DNA of 64,000 nucleotides. Origin: Spizellomyces punctatus DAOM BR117 (taxonomy: Eukaryota). The notes beneath the pieces are model-generated. The model saw only the letters and a program-made list of their open reading frames with translations. It was not told where the DNA came from and made no database searches. A program made the position numbers and the translations under genes. Of this stretch, positions 12,948 to 26,253 are shown piece by piece; position 1 is the first letter of the stretch, and each line of letters begins with the position of its first letter. The stretch lies in NCBI GenBank assembly GCA_000182565.2, contig KQ257455.1. The stretch is one strand, 5' to 3'.

Positions 12948-15693
12948 TTATTCGTCCACAATGAGCTTTGTAACTTTTCCGATGGCTATGGTTTTGCCTT
13001 CATCACGAAGAGTGAACCGCCCGAGCTGAGGATAATCTGCATAGGTTTCCAAACAGATAGGTTGGGTGGTTTGAACACGTACGATCGCAACATCCCCCTG
13101 CTTCAAAAACTGTGGCGGTCGCTTAGTTTTCTTCCCGCTCTTTTTGTCAACAGAATGAAGCAATGCCTGAAGCGGAAATTACTAAGTGAGGTTCCTGGTT
13201 CTTTGTCTAAAATATGAACATACCGAGAGGGTAATCTCTTCCACACTCGTATGAGCATGCATGACGGCAGTGTACCCGGCACAAATGATATTTTTGTACT
13301 CGATGATAGCCAGTTGGGCGTCAAAGGCAGTGACATGGTGGACGGGGTTTTTGTTGGTACAAAGGACGAAACCGGGCATAATATCCTATCCATATCTTAA
13401 TTAGCGACCTTTCCATAGAAGAATCTCTGCAAGAGCACTCATTACCTCTTCTTCGACGCCCTTCAATCGTAATCTCACGTTGTCTCCACTTTTCGCCACA
13501 GCCAGCTCGTGGTCTTCCTGCATGATGGCAGATACCTCTGCTTTTTGCTATATGACATTTGTTCAGATGTATGAATGCCATTTCATAGACAATTTCCATC
13601 GGCTCACCTTGTTTGGCATGATGAACACACTCTGTCCTTTTCGCACTTTGCCGGACTCAATCTTTCCAGTCACAACTGTACCCATGTCCTAAGTAGTTCC
13701 GCAGTCAGAGTAAGGACAAGACCACAACAATCCGGAGTTTTATGTACCTTGAATTTGTCGGCGATAGGCATCATAAATGGTCGGTTGAAGCCTCTATCGG
13801 GAATTACCATCTCATCGAGAAGATTTATAAGTGAGGGTCCGCTAAGAAATAGAGTACATGCCGGTTAAAAAAAAACAATTGGGGCATTTCTGCATCTGCG
13901 TTTTTCGATGTCTGCATACCTGTACCACTCGCATATTTTCTTATCCAAAGGATCTTTCAAGTTGGCACCAGTAAACCCAGATACAGGCATGCAGTCCAGA
14001 TCTAATCCGAATGAATCAGCGCGCGTGAAGTTATAGTTTGACCGTCAAACTCCAGCCTACCTGTCTTGGGATTGAATCCCACTTGCCTCAGGAAGGGCAT
14101 AATCTTCCCAATACATTCGTCGTATCTACAAAACATGAATATGAACAAAGCCCTTGACAAAATGAACATGACAAAGTAATTACCGCTCCTTCGACCAGTT
14201 CACAGTTGGGTCGTCCATTTTGTTGACCACAACAATGAGGCGCTTGACTCCAGCCGTTTTGGCCAGCATCGCATGCTCCCGGGTCTGGCCCCCACGCTCA
14301 AAACCGGTCTCAAATTCTCCCTTCCGGGCGGAAATAACGAGGACGCCAACATCCGCTTGGGATGCTCCTCCGATCATACTTGGAACAAAGTTCTTGTGTC
14401 CAGGAGCATCCAAAATGGTGAAGCGTCGCTTTTCTGTCTCAAAATAACCGCGGCCGTATTCGGTAGTTTTGCCCTGTGACAACCAGCTTAGATGGTACTT
14501 CGAGGTACACCATCTTACTATTTCGTTTATACCTTGTTACGTTCTTCTTGATTCAAGTCCAAGGCCCACGAGAGGTACCATGATTCACGTCCTAATTCCT
14601 TTGCCTCCCTCTCATACTTCTCCATGGTTCGCTTATCTACCATCCCCGTCAAGAACCTACAAATACCCTAGGCGTCAGATATACAATGGAGCAGTGAATG
14701 TCACACTCGACACTCACAGTAGGTGTCCACCCATGGTGGACTTTCCAGCATCAACGTGACCAATGAACACGATATTGATGTGTTCTTTGCCCTCGTCAGT
14801 CCCATCGTCTTCTTGTTCTGGTTCAGCTTCCACCTCAGGCTCAGGTTCTACTGCCTTTTTCTCTTCCTTCTTTTCCTCCTTTTTCTCAGGAATCTCTTCT
14901 TTGGGTTTGGGAGCCTCTTTGACTTCATCCTTTGTCTCTACTTGCTCCTCCTGCTTCAGTGATGGTGCAGGCTTCTCTTGGGCTTCCGCCTGGGCTAGCT
15001 TGGCGGGGGTCGTACTCTCTGCACAAAAATATTAGCGACAGGATTAACGAAAAGCAGATCTCGATCATTGTTCACCTTTGGGCTTTTGATTTCCGCCACC
15101 GATCGAGATAGATACTGCCTTCGCGGGCGTCGCTTCTAAGATCGGGTGTGTTAAAATTATGCATACATCAGATATGGTCTGATTCCAGATCTATACAAAC
15201 CCTTTGGTTTTCCACCGATGGAAATCGACACAGCCTTTGCGGGAGCTTGGTTCCGAGCAGGCGCCGCGGTAGGGGCTTGGTACTGTTGTTGAGGTTGATA
15301 CTGCTGCTGGCGGGTCTGCTGCTGGTAACCTTGATATGCCTGCTGCTGTTGATAACCTTGCTGGTAACCTTGCTGATAACCGTAACCTTGCTGCTGATGC
15401 CCATAGCCCTGGTGATAAGGTTGCTGGTAGCCCTGGTTGTAGCTTTGCTGCTGGTGGTAAGCATAGGGTTGTTGTGCATAATTGCCATATCCTTGCTCAT
15501 ATGATTGCTCTTGTCCACCCCAAGTTGGAACAAATTCGGCAGCGCCAAGGTTGAAGTTCTGAAAGTTGTAGGCAGGTCCTCCACCTCCACCGGCGGTATT
15601 TGCCGTGGAACGACCTCCACCGACGTTCATTCGGTTAAACTGTTGAGGAAGGCCATCGGCCTGGTCTTCCCATGAGTCCGGAGGGTTCGACAT
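12948..15693 (-). CDS. SUP35: Translation termination factor eRF3 with Q/Y/G-rich N-domain
   Basis: GHVDAGKST, ILDAPGHKNFVPSMIGGASQAD, NKMDDP and LGRFTLRDEG motifs. It has an N-terminal QQGY-repeat region and an E/K-rich middle domain. Confidence 0.97.
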
Positions 15694-16114
15694 GATGATA
15701 GCAGACTATGAAGCGACGCAACGGACTGTTCCCAATACGTCTGCAGGCGTTGTCGACTGGAGGCTTTCCAAGTTTTCTCGACAACTTGTGCGATCAGTGA
15801 AGCCCCGTCACCTTCATTGTCGCTCAACGATCCTTGTTGCTATGGCATTGCATGTGACCTTGAGCGTTCATTGCAAAAACAGCTGCTGCCCAATAAGAGC
15901 ATTAAAATCGCCTTTTACAAGACTTTTCTTTTTTCACCTTCCTTCCGTGCGCAACAAAAAGTCTTGTGCACATTCTTGATATGCCATACGATGCAAATAA
16001 TTTGACAAGCATCGATCCAATGTATTAAACCAAATCCATTTTCCCAAATACAAGACATCGCAAATGATCGGTAAAGCAGGTTACAATTATCAAACACATT
16101 CCAGCGACTGTTAT

Positions 16115-17056
16115 CTAGTAGTCGTTACGACGGCCAGAAGATCGGTCAGAAGGCCTGTCATGACGAGACCGGCCACCACCATTCCTGTCATCACGGTCAT
16201 CCCGGCGATCCCGGCGGTCCCGGTCGTCCCGACGATCATAGCCACGGTCCGAGCGAGAACCACGGTCATCTCCACGGTCACCGCCGCGGTATCCACGGTC
16301 ACCACCAAAAGATCTTCCTCCGTAACCAGAGTCACGGTTGCGGTAACCACCACCGCCACCACGGTTCTCGTCACGGGGTGGACGCTCGTTGGCAATATCA
16401 ACCCTGATAGGTCTATAGAAAGAAAGGCAAATTGTTCAATAACCGTTCCTGATGGGTCAAATCAAGTCGCATTCTGACCTTCCGTCAAGTTCTTGATCTT
16501 TCATGGCGGCTACGGCATCTTCTGCGTTCTTGGCATCGGCGAAGGTAACGAAACCGAACCCACGAGAGCGTCCTTGTTTTCGAAATCGAGTCGGCGAAAC
16601 ATAGGAACATAGGGAACGGAATAGGGCGCCAGTGGTAAACAAAAAGGATGACACGTTCCATGCGCTCAACAACAACATGGTTTAAAGGCAACACCACAAG
16701 GACGGAGAGTGCGTCATTTGATAATCCATGACCACGATCAAGAGACTCAAAGGTCGGTCTTTCACAAAACGGGTGCATTCACAAATGGCTGCCCTTTCAT
16801 TACGGTCAGACGGGTGCATTGAAAAATGGCCCTCTTTCACTCTGTCCGATTCCAACTACAGACGCGTAGCTCATACTGTAGGTCTCCTCCGTCCCTCATG
16901 GGAAACAAATACACGAAACGGTCTCGGATCTGAACCTGATTCTCTCTCGGTTATCACATAAGCATCGGTCACTTCTCCATATTTTTCAAAGCACGAGCGC
17001 AGGGAATCGTTGGTCGTTTCCCAAGCAAGACCACCAACGAAGACTTTGCTGGACAT
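16115..17056 (-). CDS. Glycine-rich RRM RNA-binding protein (CIRBP/GRP-like) with RD/RG-rich tail
   Basis: RNP2 KVFVGGLAW and RNP1 RSRGFGFVTF. Three exons; the last encodes RGGGGGYRNRDSGYGG...DRRDDRDRRDRRDDRDD. Confidence 0.9.
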
Positions 17057-17860
17057 ATTTGTTGAAGACGGGAAATGGAAAAAGGGGCAAAGATGAACGA
17101 GATGGAAAAAAACACGTCCAAGGCGAGGGGGCGGCCGTCTTTTATAGCCCCTTTTTTACGTCTCTTAGCAACACAAGTTTGCTTACATAACGTTCACCTA
17201 AGTTACTTGTTTCTTACTCCGCCCAAGCGGGAAAGGGTCTTTCAACTCGTAAATACACTAAGTAGTCATCTGTGCTCGGAAGTCATTCATATCGCCATCT
17301 GCTTCCATCTGGTGAGCATTTGACGGGTGGGCGTAAATTCGTCCTATTTATCATGATGCACCAGAGGGATGCCCATAATCGCGGAATTAGCGTATGATGC
17401 AAAAAAAAGTGAGTTAACCAGGACAATCAACCAAACTGGCGGGAAACAAATAGCTGGCTATTGTTTAGGCATGGTCCAAGCACGTGAATAGGTCATATAC
17501 GGTTAGACCAAGCAGTTGGCCCTTCCACGGGGCATCAAGCACGAACCACTTGCGTGAAAGTCCGGTACGGCCGTCAGTGGCGTTAGCAACAATACTTGGT
17601 GAGTTTGCTCCGAGAATTACCTAATCGCTCAAATTCAGGGTCAACGCTGCCTGGGGGGTTCAATTCTGGTCGATTGTTGGGAACCCGATCACAAGACGGG
17701 TATCTCAGACTCTCATTGTGAAGGAGAAAGAGCAGGCTTCTAAATATTCTACTATTCTGTGTGGCAAAATTTCTTTCAAACCGCCGTCACATTGCCTTAC
17801 ACATTTGTTTGACAAAAAGTTTACCTGGGTGCTGGCCATTTCTTTTGCGAGTGCGTAACA

Positions 17861-20800
17861 ATGTCCAGCTCGCCAAGAAGCGCCGATTCCACTTCCGGTG
17901 CTCCGTCCCAAGGACGGAAGCGATCCGTGTCTATCGGCCAAAAATTCCTATCACGAAATTGGGGACAGAGTGGAGCGGAGATAGGTGAGGGCGAGCCATC
18001 TGAGCTCAGCGATACAGGTGGACGAAGGGCATCCATGATTCAAGGTAGAAGGCTATCCGAATACGGCCGCCCAAAGTCGACCGGTTTGTCCACCCCTGTG
18101 CCCGCTGAAGCGTCGTCTTTCTCATCGGATACAGAGGAGGACAGCACCGAGCGCCGAGTGCGTATTGCGCGCGTCATGACTAAACAACAGCATCGGACTT
18201 CTGCCCATGTTCAACAGTTCTCTAAAATCAACGTGACGGTCACCGGCACGGATGTGACCTTGGAAATGACAGTTGACAGAGATCAAACTGTGGAGCACTT
18301 AGCAAAGCAGATTGAGGCGGAGTATGCTTACAAGTTCTTTCTGCATGAAGAAGACCGCTCTGCAAATCAGAAGAAGGGCCGAGATCCATTGGTTATTGGC
18401 CAGGTCTACGATGCCGGGATGTTAGCTTTGAAGTTTGAAGACAGGATAGGTGATGTGCTGGGGTATACGGAGACCGTTTCTGTCATCAATGCCTTTGAAG
18501 GTACATTGGCTGTTCGTAATATCCGGACTTGTTTTGCATACCTTTAACAAACTGACGTGCTTACTTACCAGGGGAAAGTATCAATCGCAATATGTCGCCC
18601 GTGGACGTCGAAGTATCAGATGCAGAATGCTTAGAATTGTCCGGTAGTCGCGCATCGGATGGAAATGGAATTTCTCCGGGAGAGCACCTTCCACCTCTCG
18701 TGATCCCGAATCTCGAAGATTCAATCAATGAGGCATCATCAGTGTTGAGTGGACAGGATCCCTCCGCTTCAGATAAGAGTCTCTTAATAACGTCAGCAGC
18801 ATCCTTGTTGTCGAACGTAACTACCGCGACGGACAAATCCGCAACAAAAGCCCCTCCACGATCCCGCCAATCATCTCTGTATCCTACCACTTCATCGTTA
18901 GACGATCGCCTGCAATCGTGTCTTCGAAATAAACTAGCTCTTCGCTATTTTTCCGAATTCTGCGTTGAAGAGTACACCATTGAAAACCTTCTCTTCTGGC
19001 TCGACGTTGAAATTTTTCAATCCTGCAAACCGCTTGCAAGGGATACGTATTCCAAGTACATCTACCTGACATATATTGCACCAAATGCCCCGTTACAAGT
19101 CAATATATCAGCGGAGATCCGAAAAGATATTCAGTGGCCGATGCCAGAAGGATATGTCGATGAAACGATTTTTGATGAGGCACAAGAGCAAGTGTACGCT
19201 ATGCTAAAAGGGCACTCTTTTCTGAGATTTGAGAAGAGTGCAAAATACAAGCAATACCAAGAGGCAAAACAGACTGGTACGTAAAAGTTTCTCGTTATGT
19301 ATTAAGATCTGATGCGTGGTGACATGCAATTGCGATCTGAAAGTTCTGACATCTGCTTGCCCAAAGATCGCACCGAGTTTCTACGAGGTCGCATTACTGG
19401 TCCCTTTGCTGCTCATTTTCCGACCAACGCCGAGACGGCTCGTTCCATCATTCCCATTCTCGAATCCAATCCTCTGGTAGAATCCCCTACAATGCTTGGT
19501 ACCCTCGTAGGTGACAAGAACAATAGGAACTCCAAGATAATGACGATCAAGTTCAAAGAATCGGTTCTTACCAAGACTTTGACACAATACTTTCCTTTGG
19601 CTAACCGTATTTTGGAGGGCTACTTCAATGATGCCAATCGAAGTTCATGGGCAGAAAAGCAGCGGAGAATGCATAAGGAAAAGAAATTGGCAAAGTTCTT
19701 CGGGGAACGGCCTTCTGTGGAACTCATTCAAAAGCAGATTTTTGCTGCCTCAGATGTATACTTGGCTGGCTTGGAAGATATTTTAGCATTTGGAGACTCT
19801 TCGGATGACCTGCTTCTTGTGAGAAAGAGCGATGAACTGGCGAATACCGAGGACCCTACTAGCATGAGCCAAAGACGAAAGAAGAAGGATAAATTAGAGA
19901 CGTTCTTCGGGGACAAACTGACCAGTCAGCAGAAGCGAACGCAACAAATTGTCGTCCCCGGCCAAACGACTTCTATTTTGGGCTCGGAGCTAGGGGAAAC
20001 TGGATCATCAGAATCTACCGAATCCGCGAATTCCGACGAGGAAGTTGCACCCGTAGAAACAACCAACGAACTAGACCCTAACGAACGTCGCATCCTACAA
20101 CGTCGCACGAAAAAGATTGCCAGCATGCTGGGTGAATCATTGGACGAACGAACGATTTCACAGACTGTCACATTCCCGGCCATGCAAGAGAAGTTGTTCT
20201 CGAGCCAGAATCTTAGTGGTTTGGCTCTAGGAGGGGATAGCAATATGCCAATGCCTGTAACCGACAGCGATATAAAGGCGAGATTCACCAGCCGTGACTT
20301 TGATACTAGGTCGGCGACGAATACCGTTGATAGTTCTATCAGCGAAGAAGCTGACGCTGACTCAAAGTACGCGCATAAGAGGCGTTTAGATAAGATCTCC
20401 AGTCTAATGGGACAACGTATCGGGGTTACTGAAATCCAAGAAGCGCAAGCTACCGCCAACTTTAGCCCACAGCCGGTACGACGGCCTCTTACGCAGGAGG
20501 AGAAGAAACAATTCCAAAAGAAAGCTAGTAAACTGGAGCGTCTCCTTGGTCAACTTCCACCCACCGAAGCCCTTTTGTCATCTCTCGCTCCGACCGACAA
20601 GCCTGAGGTTACTCGTGTTCGTAGAAGTCTGGCAGGCCTATCTTTTATTTTGCGACAAGCAAAAGACGCCGTGGATATTTTGGATGCCTTGACCGCGATC
20701 AGCGAGGACAAGGAGATACCACTACCGCCGCCGCCCCAAAGTACTGGCATATCAAAATCTCCTAGCACACAGTCAAACATCTCAGATGTTCCCGCCTTCT

Positions 20801-21303
20801 TGACGCCGGGCATTTCGATGGATCTGAATAAAGAGTCCAGGCAGAAGCGATTAAACAAACTGCGAAAGTTCTTGTAAGTGGTAGCCACTATCTGTCCTTC
20901 AGTAGAAATCAGGGTTTGACTTTGAGCTTTTTTTTGCAGTGGGGACAATATCAGTGTGGAAATTCTTGTCGAATCCCAAATTCTAGGTGACCTGGAACGG
21001 TCAATTGAAGAGGAGGTTGTGGATGAAAATGAGCTCGAACGACTCCGCCGACAAGTCAACGACCTCCGCGAGGACCTTCGACGAAGAAGCGACCAGTTCA
21101 GGTACGAGTTGGATCAAGATGACGCTGGAGATTCTAGTGAGGCCGCAAATTACCTTGCAGTTCCAAAGCGAAACTCGGTGACACAGCGCGTGCGTGATAT
21201 GGTGCCCAGAATGTCTGTTGAGCGACAGTCGTCAGCGGATGTAGGGTCAAGCAAAATCCAGGGAGCAGACAAGGAGATGGTGCAGGGAGAACAGAAAGTA
21301 TAG
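17861..21303 (+). CDS. RGS-domain protein with putative ubiquitin-like N-terminal domain and repeated KLxxFFG motifs
   Basis: RGS signature FSEFCVEEYTIENLLFWLDVE...YIAPNAPLQVNIS...FDEAQEQVYAML...SFLRF. About 4 exons. Confidence 0.85.
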
Positions 21304-21577
21304 GATGGTAGTTAAAAGTACAAGTAGGTACTTGGGTGTGGGAGTGGATGCCAGTTGGGTCCTTACCAAGGGACCCTTAGCTTTGAAGTGAGTACTTTTC
21401 ACGTCAAAATGAAATGTTTTATTATAAGTTGACATACACGGAATATATCGTACGCTATGCACATCCGCATTATGATTTACCGACCTTTGTCCAATGTTAC
21501 GATAAAGCAGAACAGAATCTGTTCTAGATACACTTACTATAAACACCCGTATAGAAACCCCAGTATAAAAACTTTCG

Positions 21578-22791
21578 TCATCGTCCAACATAATTCCACT
21601 TACTCTCCCATTGAGGAAGTATATGCATCCTTGGTAGTTTTATAGGCACCTTTTGCGGCAGGCTAGTCTTTCGACTCTGCTTCGACGCACCATTTGGAAA
21701 ACTGGTAGTAGGTCTTCTTGATACGGCGCTGCCTGGGCTATGCGGTGGCTTTGATAACGGAAAAGCCGGCGGACATGCTCTGTTGGCTCTCTCAACTATA
21801 GAAAGAAAGTCACGCACAGGAATGGGGGTTGGACGTAAACGGATAGCTTGGACCGCCGCCGTCCCGGGACGAGCAGAGGTAGTCCTGTCGCCATCAAGGG
21901 GTTCCCTGCAAAAGAGGTCAGAATGGTTCCTGCGGTATTGCTTGAGATAGCATCATACTCACCATGAGCCACCGCAATCACTCGCAACTCGAATGGACAC
22001 CATTCCATCATCGTTTGTTGAAGCTTCGGGTGCCTTCTCGGTCATAATAGTGAGTGTTCCATCACTGCCAGCCATCTTTTTGTCGTTGAACGTCACAATC
22101 CCCAGGGTCAAACCACTGCCATTTCGTCTGGGTTTTAACTGGGGAAGGATAGCCACTTCTCCTCTTTGAGTATTGCGGTCGATAGTCGGTAATACATCTT
22201 TAGCTTCCAGGGTGGCCAGGAGCTCGGTCGTAAGCTGCGGCATGGACGACCACCACTTTTTCCAATGAGCCGGAACCTCGAGGAGCCAAAAGCGACGATA
22301 TAGAGCTTCTGAAAATTTCAGCAAGTGGCAGCCTTTCTGGAAGGATCCGGCGATGAATCTAAAAATAGCATGCTCGACGTTATGTCATTAAAAATTTCCA
22401 AATGCATTTGGAGAAAGGGACTATTACCAACACGCTCGACAGCGAACCCCTCCCCGCAAGACATTGCCAGCACATGTGAGTTATTGTTCTGGGAAACGTA
22501 TCTCCTTTGTATCTAATCGGCTATTGAAGGATCTACGTAACCTTTCGGCCGACTCGCTTTGCACGGCCTTCAACCCAAGGCGGACTTATCCTGATGACTA
22601 TGGCTGTGCCACAAGCGCGTTGCTAGTCACATGATACTGCGCCACGTGTGCGATGATTGGCCAGCAGTTCCGACTATGAAATGGAAGGCTTCAACCCCAC
22701 AAATGGCTTTCGCCCTCCGATCTTTGATTTGGTCACTGGCTAAGCCACTGTCGCTTTTGAAATACGTTTGGGAGCTTTGGAGGTTTTCCAT
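21578..22791 (-). CDS. Possible uncharacterised multi-exon protein (5' structure unresolved)
   Basis: ORF 21959-22324 can splice (intron ~21907-21963) into the frame of 21578-21817. The upstream exons could not be joined cleanly. Confidence 0.3.
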
Positions 22792-22905
22792 TTCCAATCT
22801 TTTTTCATCGCCGTCAATCTCTTGTTTTTTGTTCCAAAGGATATCCTTGCTTTGAGTATTTACAACAGACACACACACATCTCTCTCCTTTTCTTGCATA
22901 CCAGT

Positions 22906-23476
22906 ATGTACTTTCGCGCACTACAGACAACAGGTTCAAAATGCCTGCGAGTAGGACGCTTGCAGTCGTCAACACCCTCCGCTGTAACCCTTCCCGTCTT
23001 CCGTCGCGGATATCACGAAAAAGTCATTGACCACTATGAGCGTCCTCGGAATGTTGGCTCCTTTCCAAAGTCGAACCCCAATGTCGGTACTGGACTGGTG
23101 GGAGCTCCTGCTTGTGGGGATGTAATGAAACTACAAATAATGGTGGACGACGCTACGGGGCAGATTCAGGACGTCAAGTTCAAGACATTTGGGTGTGGTT
23201 CCGCGATTGCGAGCAGTTCGTTGGCCACAGAAAAGATCAAGGGACTAAAGGTGTGGGACGCTGCCAAAATCAAAAACACTGAAATTGCGAAAGAACTATC
23301 GTTGCCACCTGTGAAACTGCATTGCTCAAGTGAGTCGCTCTGGATGGTTGCCTTTGTTGCCTGGTTTGTTGCTGACTTTCCATGTTTTAGTGCTAGCAGA
23401 AGACGCAATCAAATCCGCCGTGAAGGACTGGGAGGCTAAGAGGGCAGCACGGGGTCTGAAACCGTTGACAGCTTAG
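22906..23476 (+). CDS. ISU1: Mitochondrial Fe-S cluster scaffold IscU
   Basis: YHEKVIDHYERPRNVGS, GAPACGDVMKLQI, KFKTFGCGSAIASSS and LPPVKLHCS, preceded by a presequence-like N-terminus. One intron at 23330-23390. Confidence 0.97.
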
Positions 23477-23720
23477 CCTTTTTCATCCTCATGTCATTAT
23501 TATCGGCGAGGACCATGCCACTTTTTCTTGCACATTGTATAGTTTTGTAGTTTGTAGAATATATCCTCGTTCATGTTGAGCAGATAAATGGCGGGTTTTG
23601 GTGAGCTTTAATATATTCAGAAATGTGAATTATGCGTGGATGAACTGTCAGACGTAAAGTACCATACTACATAAATGGCTATGTGGTCTACCTTACACTA
23701 GTCTGCTGGTTTAACGTCTA

Positions 23721-25949
23721 TTAAAAGATTTCCTCGACCATCCGAATTCCTTCGGCCTCCAGTGCCGTCAGCAAAGGCTGCACGAGTTCTTGATCCAGAG
23801 GGGCCAAAACACCACGGCGAGAAATTTTACCTGGATGACAGTTTTCAGCGATTATGTTTCATGCTTTGGAATGATACAGACTTACCATCAAGGATGAGTT
23901 GGGTGGTGATGGCGCACGGTACACCGACAGTCACGGCCATAGCTGTGTCGCCATTGGGCTCACCGAACCACAATCCAGTAGATGTGCGGGTTTGCTATGA
24001 CCGAATATTAGTCTCACAGAATGGTGAAATAGTAGAAGTCGCATTACCCACCCGAGTTCCGTCCTTCAACTCCACTTCAAACTTGTGCTGAAGCATAACC
24101 ATGTCACGTTCGCCAGGCAAGAACTGCATCTTCTCCTCCAAGGTCGCGCAGAGTGTATCAAGGAGAGTGCCACGTTGGTGCACATGAGTGTCGGAGAAGA
24201 GGCCCAACCTGAAATATCTTGGTTCAAAGATCGTCTCACATAATTCGGCGCACTAACAAGTGGCTTACCATTTCAAGCCGTGAATCACACGGTCGCCTTC
24301 TTCGCCTTGCAGATTCGCCTTTGCGCGGACAGTTTTGATGAGATCCCTATGTCACGACGGTGGATAAGCAATCGCGGCACAAACAGCCATGAGTGAGGCA
24401 ATGCAAATGCTTACGCCTCAGACTCGCTCGCGCTTCCAACGGATTTTGCAAGGACGGCTCTCTAAGAAGCCATATCTTGGGTCAGAGGAATCATCCACCA
24501 CCGTGGTCAGGACAGTATCCAACATACCCATGTAATGGGCTCAGAGCCCTCCTTCAAGTAGACCTGCTCTTCATCGCTCAAGAATCCAAGCGCGACAAGG
24601 ACTTTTACAAAAGTAGGGAAGCCCTAAGTTGTCGGACCAATACTCGCTTTAGACACCAATTGGTTGCAAAGACGTCAACTATGACGGTAGAAATTCCTCC
24701 ACTCACCTGGTACCGCAAGGTCCCACGCAACACCGTTTGACACTCAGGAATGTTGTAGCGCTTGTTGTACGGCGTTGAGTCACGGTTAGGATACCCCTCG
24801 AATGCAAAGGCTGGGTAAATGTAGATAGGCTTGGCACTGTCCATCAATTGGGGCCCTGGAATATCAACCACCTAATACAAGAATATAACACTGATCAGAT
24901 CAAGTCGCGCACTCAATTGGGTTTGACATGGGGTCTCGAACCTTGCCATCCTGCAGATACTTGGCGTTGTTACGAAGCGCCAACAGGACGCCACGGGAAC
25001 TCCAGCTGAACTTGTATCCAAGAGGGTTGTTGGATGCCTCGGGTGCTGGGAGACCACCACAGTAGGACAGGAAAGAGAGAATCTAAACAGGATATGAAAA
25101 TATGATGCAATAGAATGGATGCACAAAGAATTTACCTTGCCACCCTCAGCGTGAACCTCGTCGATCGTCTTGATCGCATAGAGGTGATCAATACCTGCCC
25201 AAGAGTGATAGTTATTCACCGGGCGAACGCTCGCGCTTGAGAGCAGTCAAGCGGCACCATACCAGGGTCAACACCGATTTCGTTGAAAACAGTTACTCCA
25301 GCATCCTTGGCACTGCAAAATCATCTAAGGTGAACCGGCGGCATCGGGTATGCTTATTCGAACAAGAACTCACGCTTGGTCAATGGCCTCCATAGCGGGT
25401 GAGACGTAACTCGTTGTGACAACGTGCTTCTTGTGCTTAACGGCAGCATTTATCACGCGAGCATGGTGGGTGTATGGAATCAAGCTGTTCCCACGTTAGT
25501 TTTCAAACATGTCCCAGTTTCAACACAATGCTGGGAGTAGTACCTGATAACAAGATCATGCTTGGCAATTTCCGCCTCAAGCGCCGCATCGTTACCGACG
25601 TCAAGAGCAATAGGAATAACTCGCGGATGACCGTTCGCGAGCTTCTGGCCACCTTGGATGCGTCGGCTGGCTGAAACAAGGGATATTTGCTTTCAGCTTG
25701 TAGATCATTTACATGACGGCTAATTGTGATATTCGGAGCGATGACTAACCAACGGTAATCACGTTTTCTTCCCTGCGAAGGAGATACTTCAAGCAAGGAC
25801 CAGCAACATAACCGGAACCCAAAAGCAGAATCTTCCTGTGATTAGAAGGAACAGTGTCAGCACACAAACAAGGTTTATACTGCTGCCGTTACTGGAGGGT
25901 AGGTCTCGCCTTCCGTTCCCCTTCGCACTTACTTTTGTCCAGTCGCCAT
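23721..25949 (-). CDS. LYS9: Saccharopine dehydrogenase (NADP+, L-glutamate-forming)
   Basis: [36 protein letters not shown]...[35 protein letters not shown] and MAVTVGVPC. Confidence 0.95.
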
Positions 25950-26253
25950 TCTTTCAGCTCGCTTGAAATTTAACAAGAGATTGGAAACGATTTCCTTGAC
26001 GTGGGTCGCAAGCAGAAAACGTTGGGCCTGTGCGATCTCTACCCATCTCCTGGTATGCCGAGAGTTCCACAGGTTTGGTAGGCAGTCACGTGATGAGGAC
26101 TGGACCAAGCCATGAACCTTTGGCATGTCGGCATGTGATTGATTGCAGATGTAGATTGGTCGACAATCTTTATGCTAGATACCCAATAATCAGAACTGCT
26201 GCTTGGTGCCCTTTGGTCGTTGAATCCCTCATTTGTGTCCGGGTCCGGTTCTA

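Noticed and set aside
22360-22430. Possible in-frame TGA created across a splice junction (selenocysteine idea)
   Set aside because: The required upstream frame contains a TAA stop and no SECIS was seen.
23721-25949. Possible spermidine synthase-LYS9 fusion as in basidiomycetes
   Set aside because: The gene starts at MATGQK with no upstream spermidine synthase domain, so it is an ordinary stand-alone LYS9.
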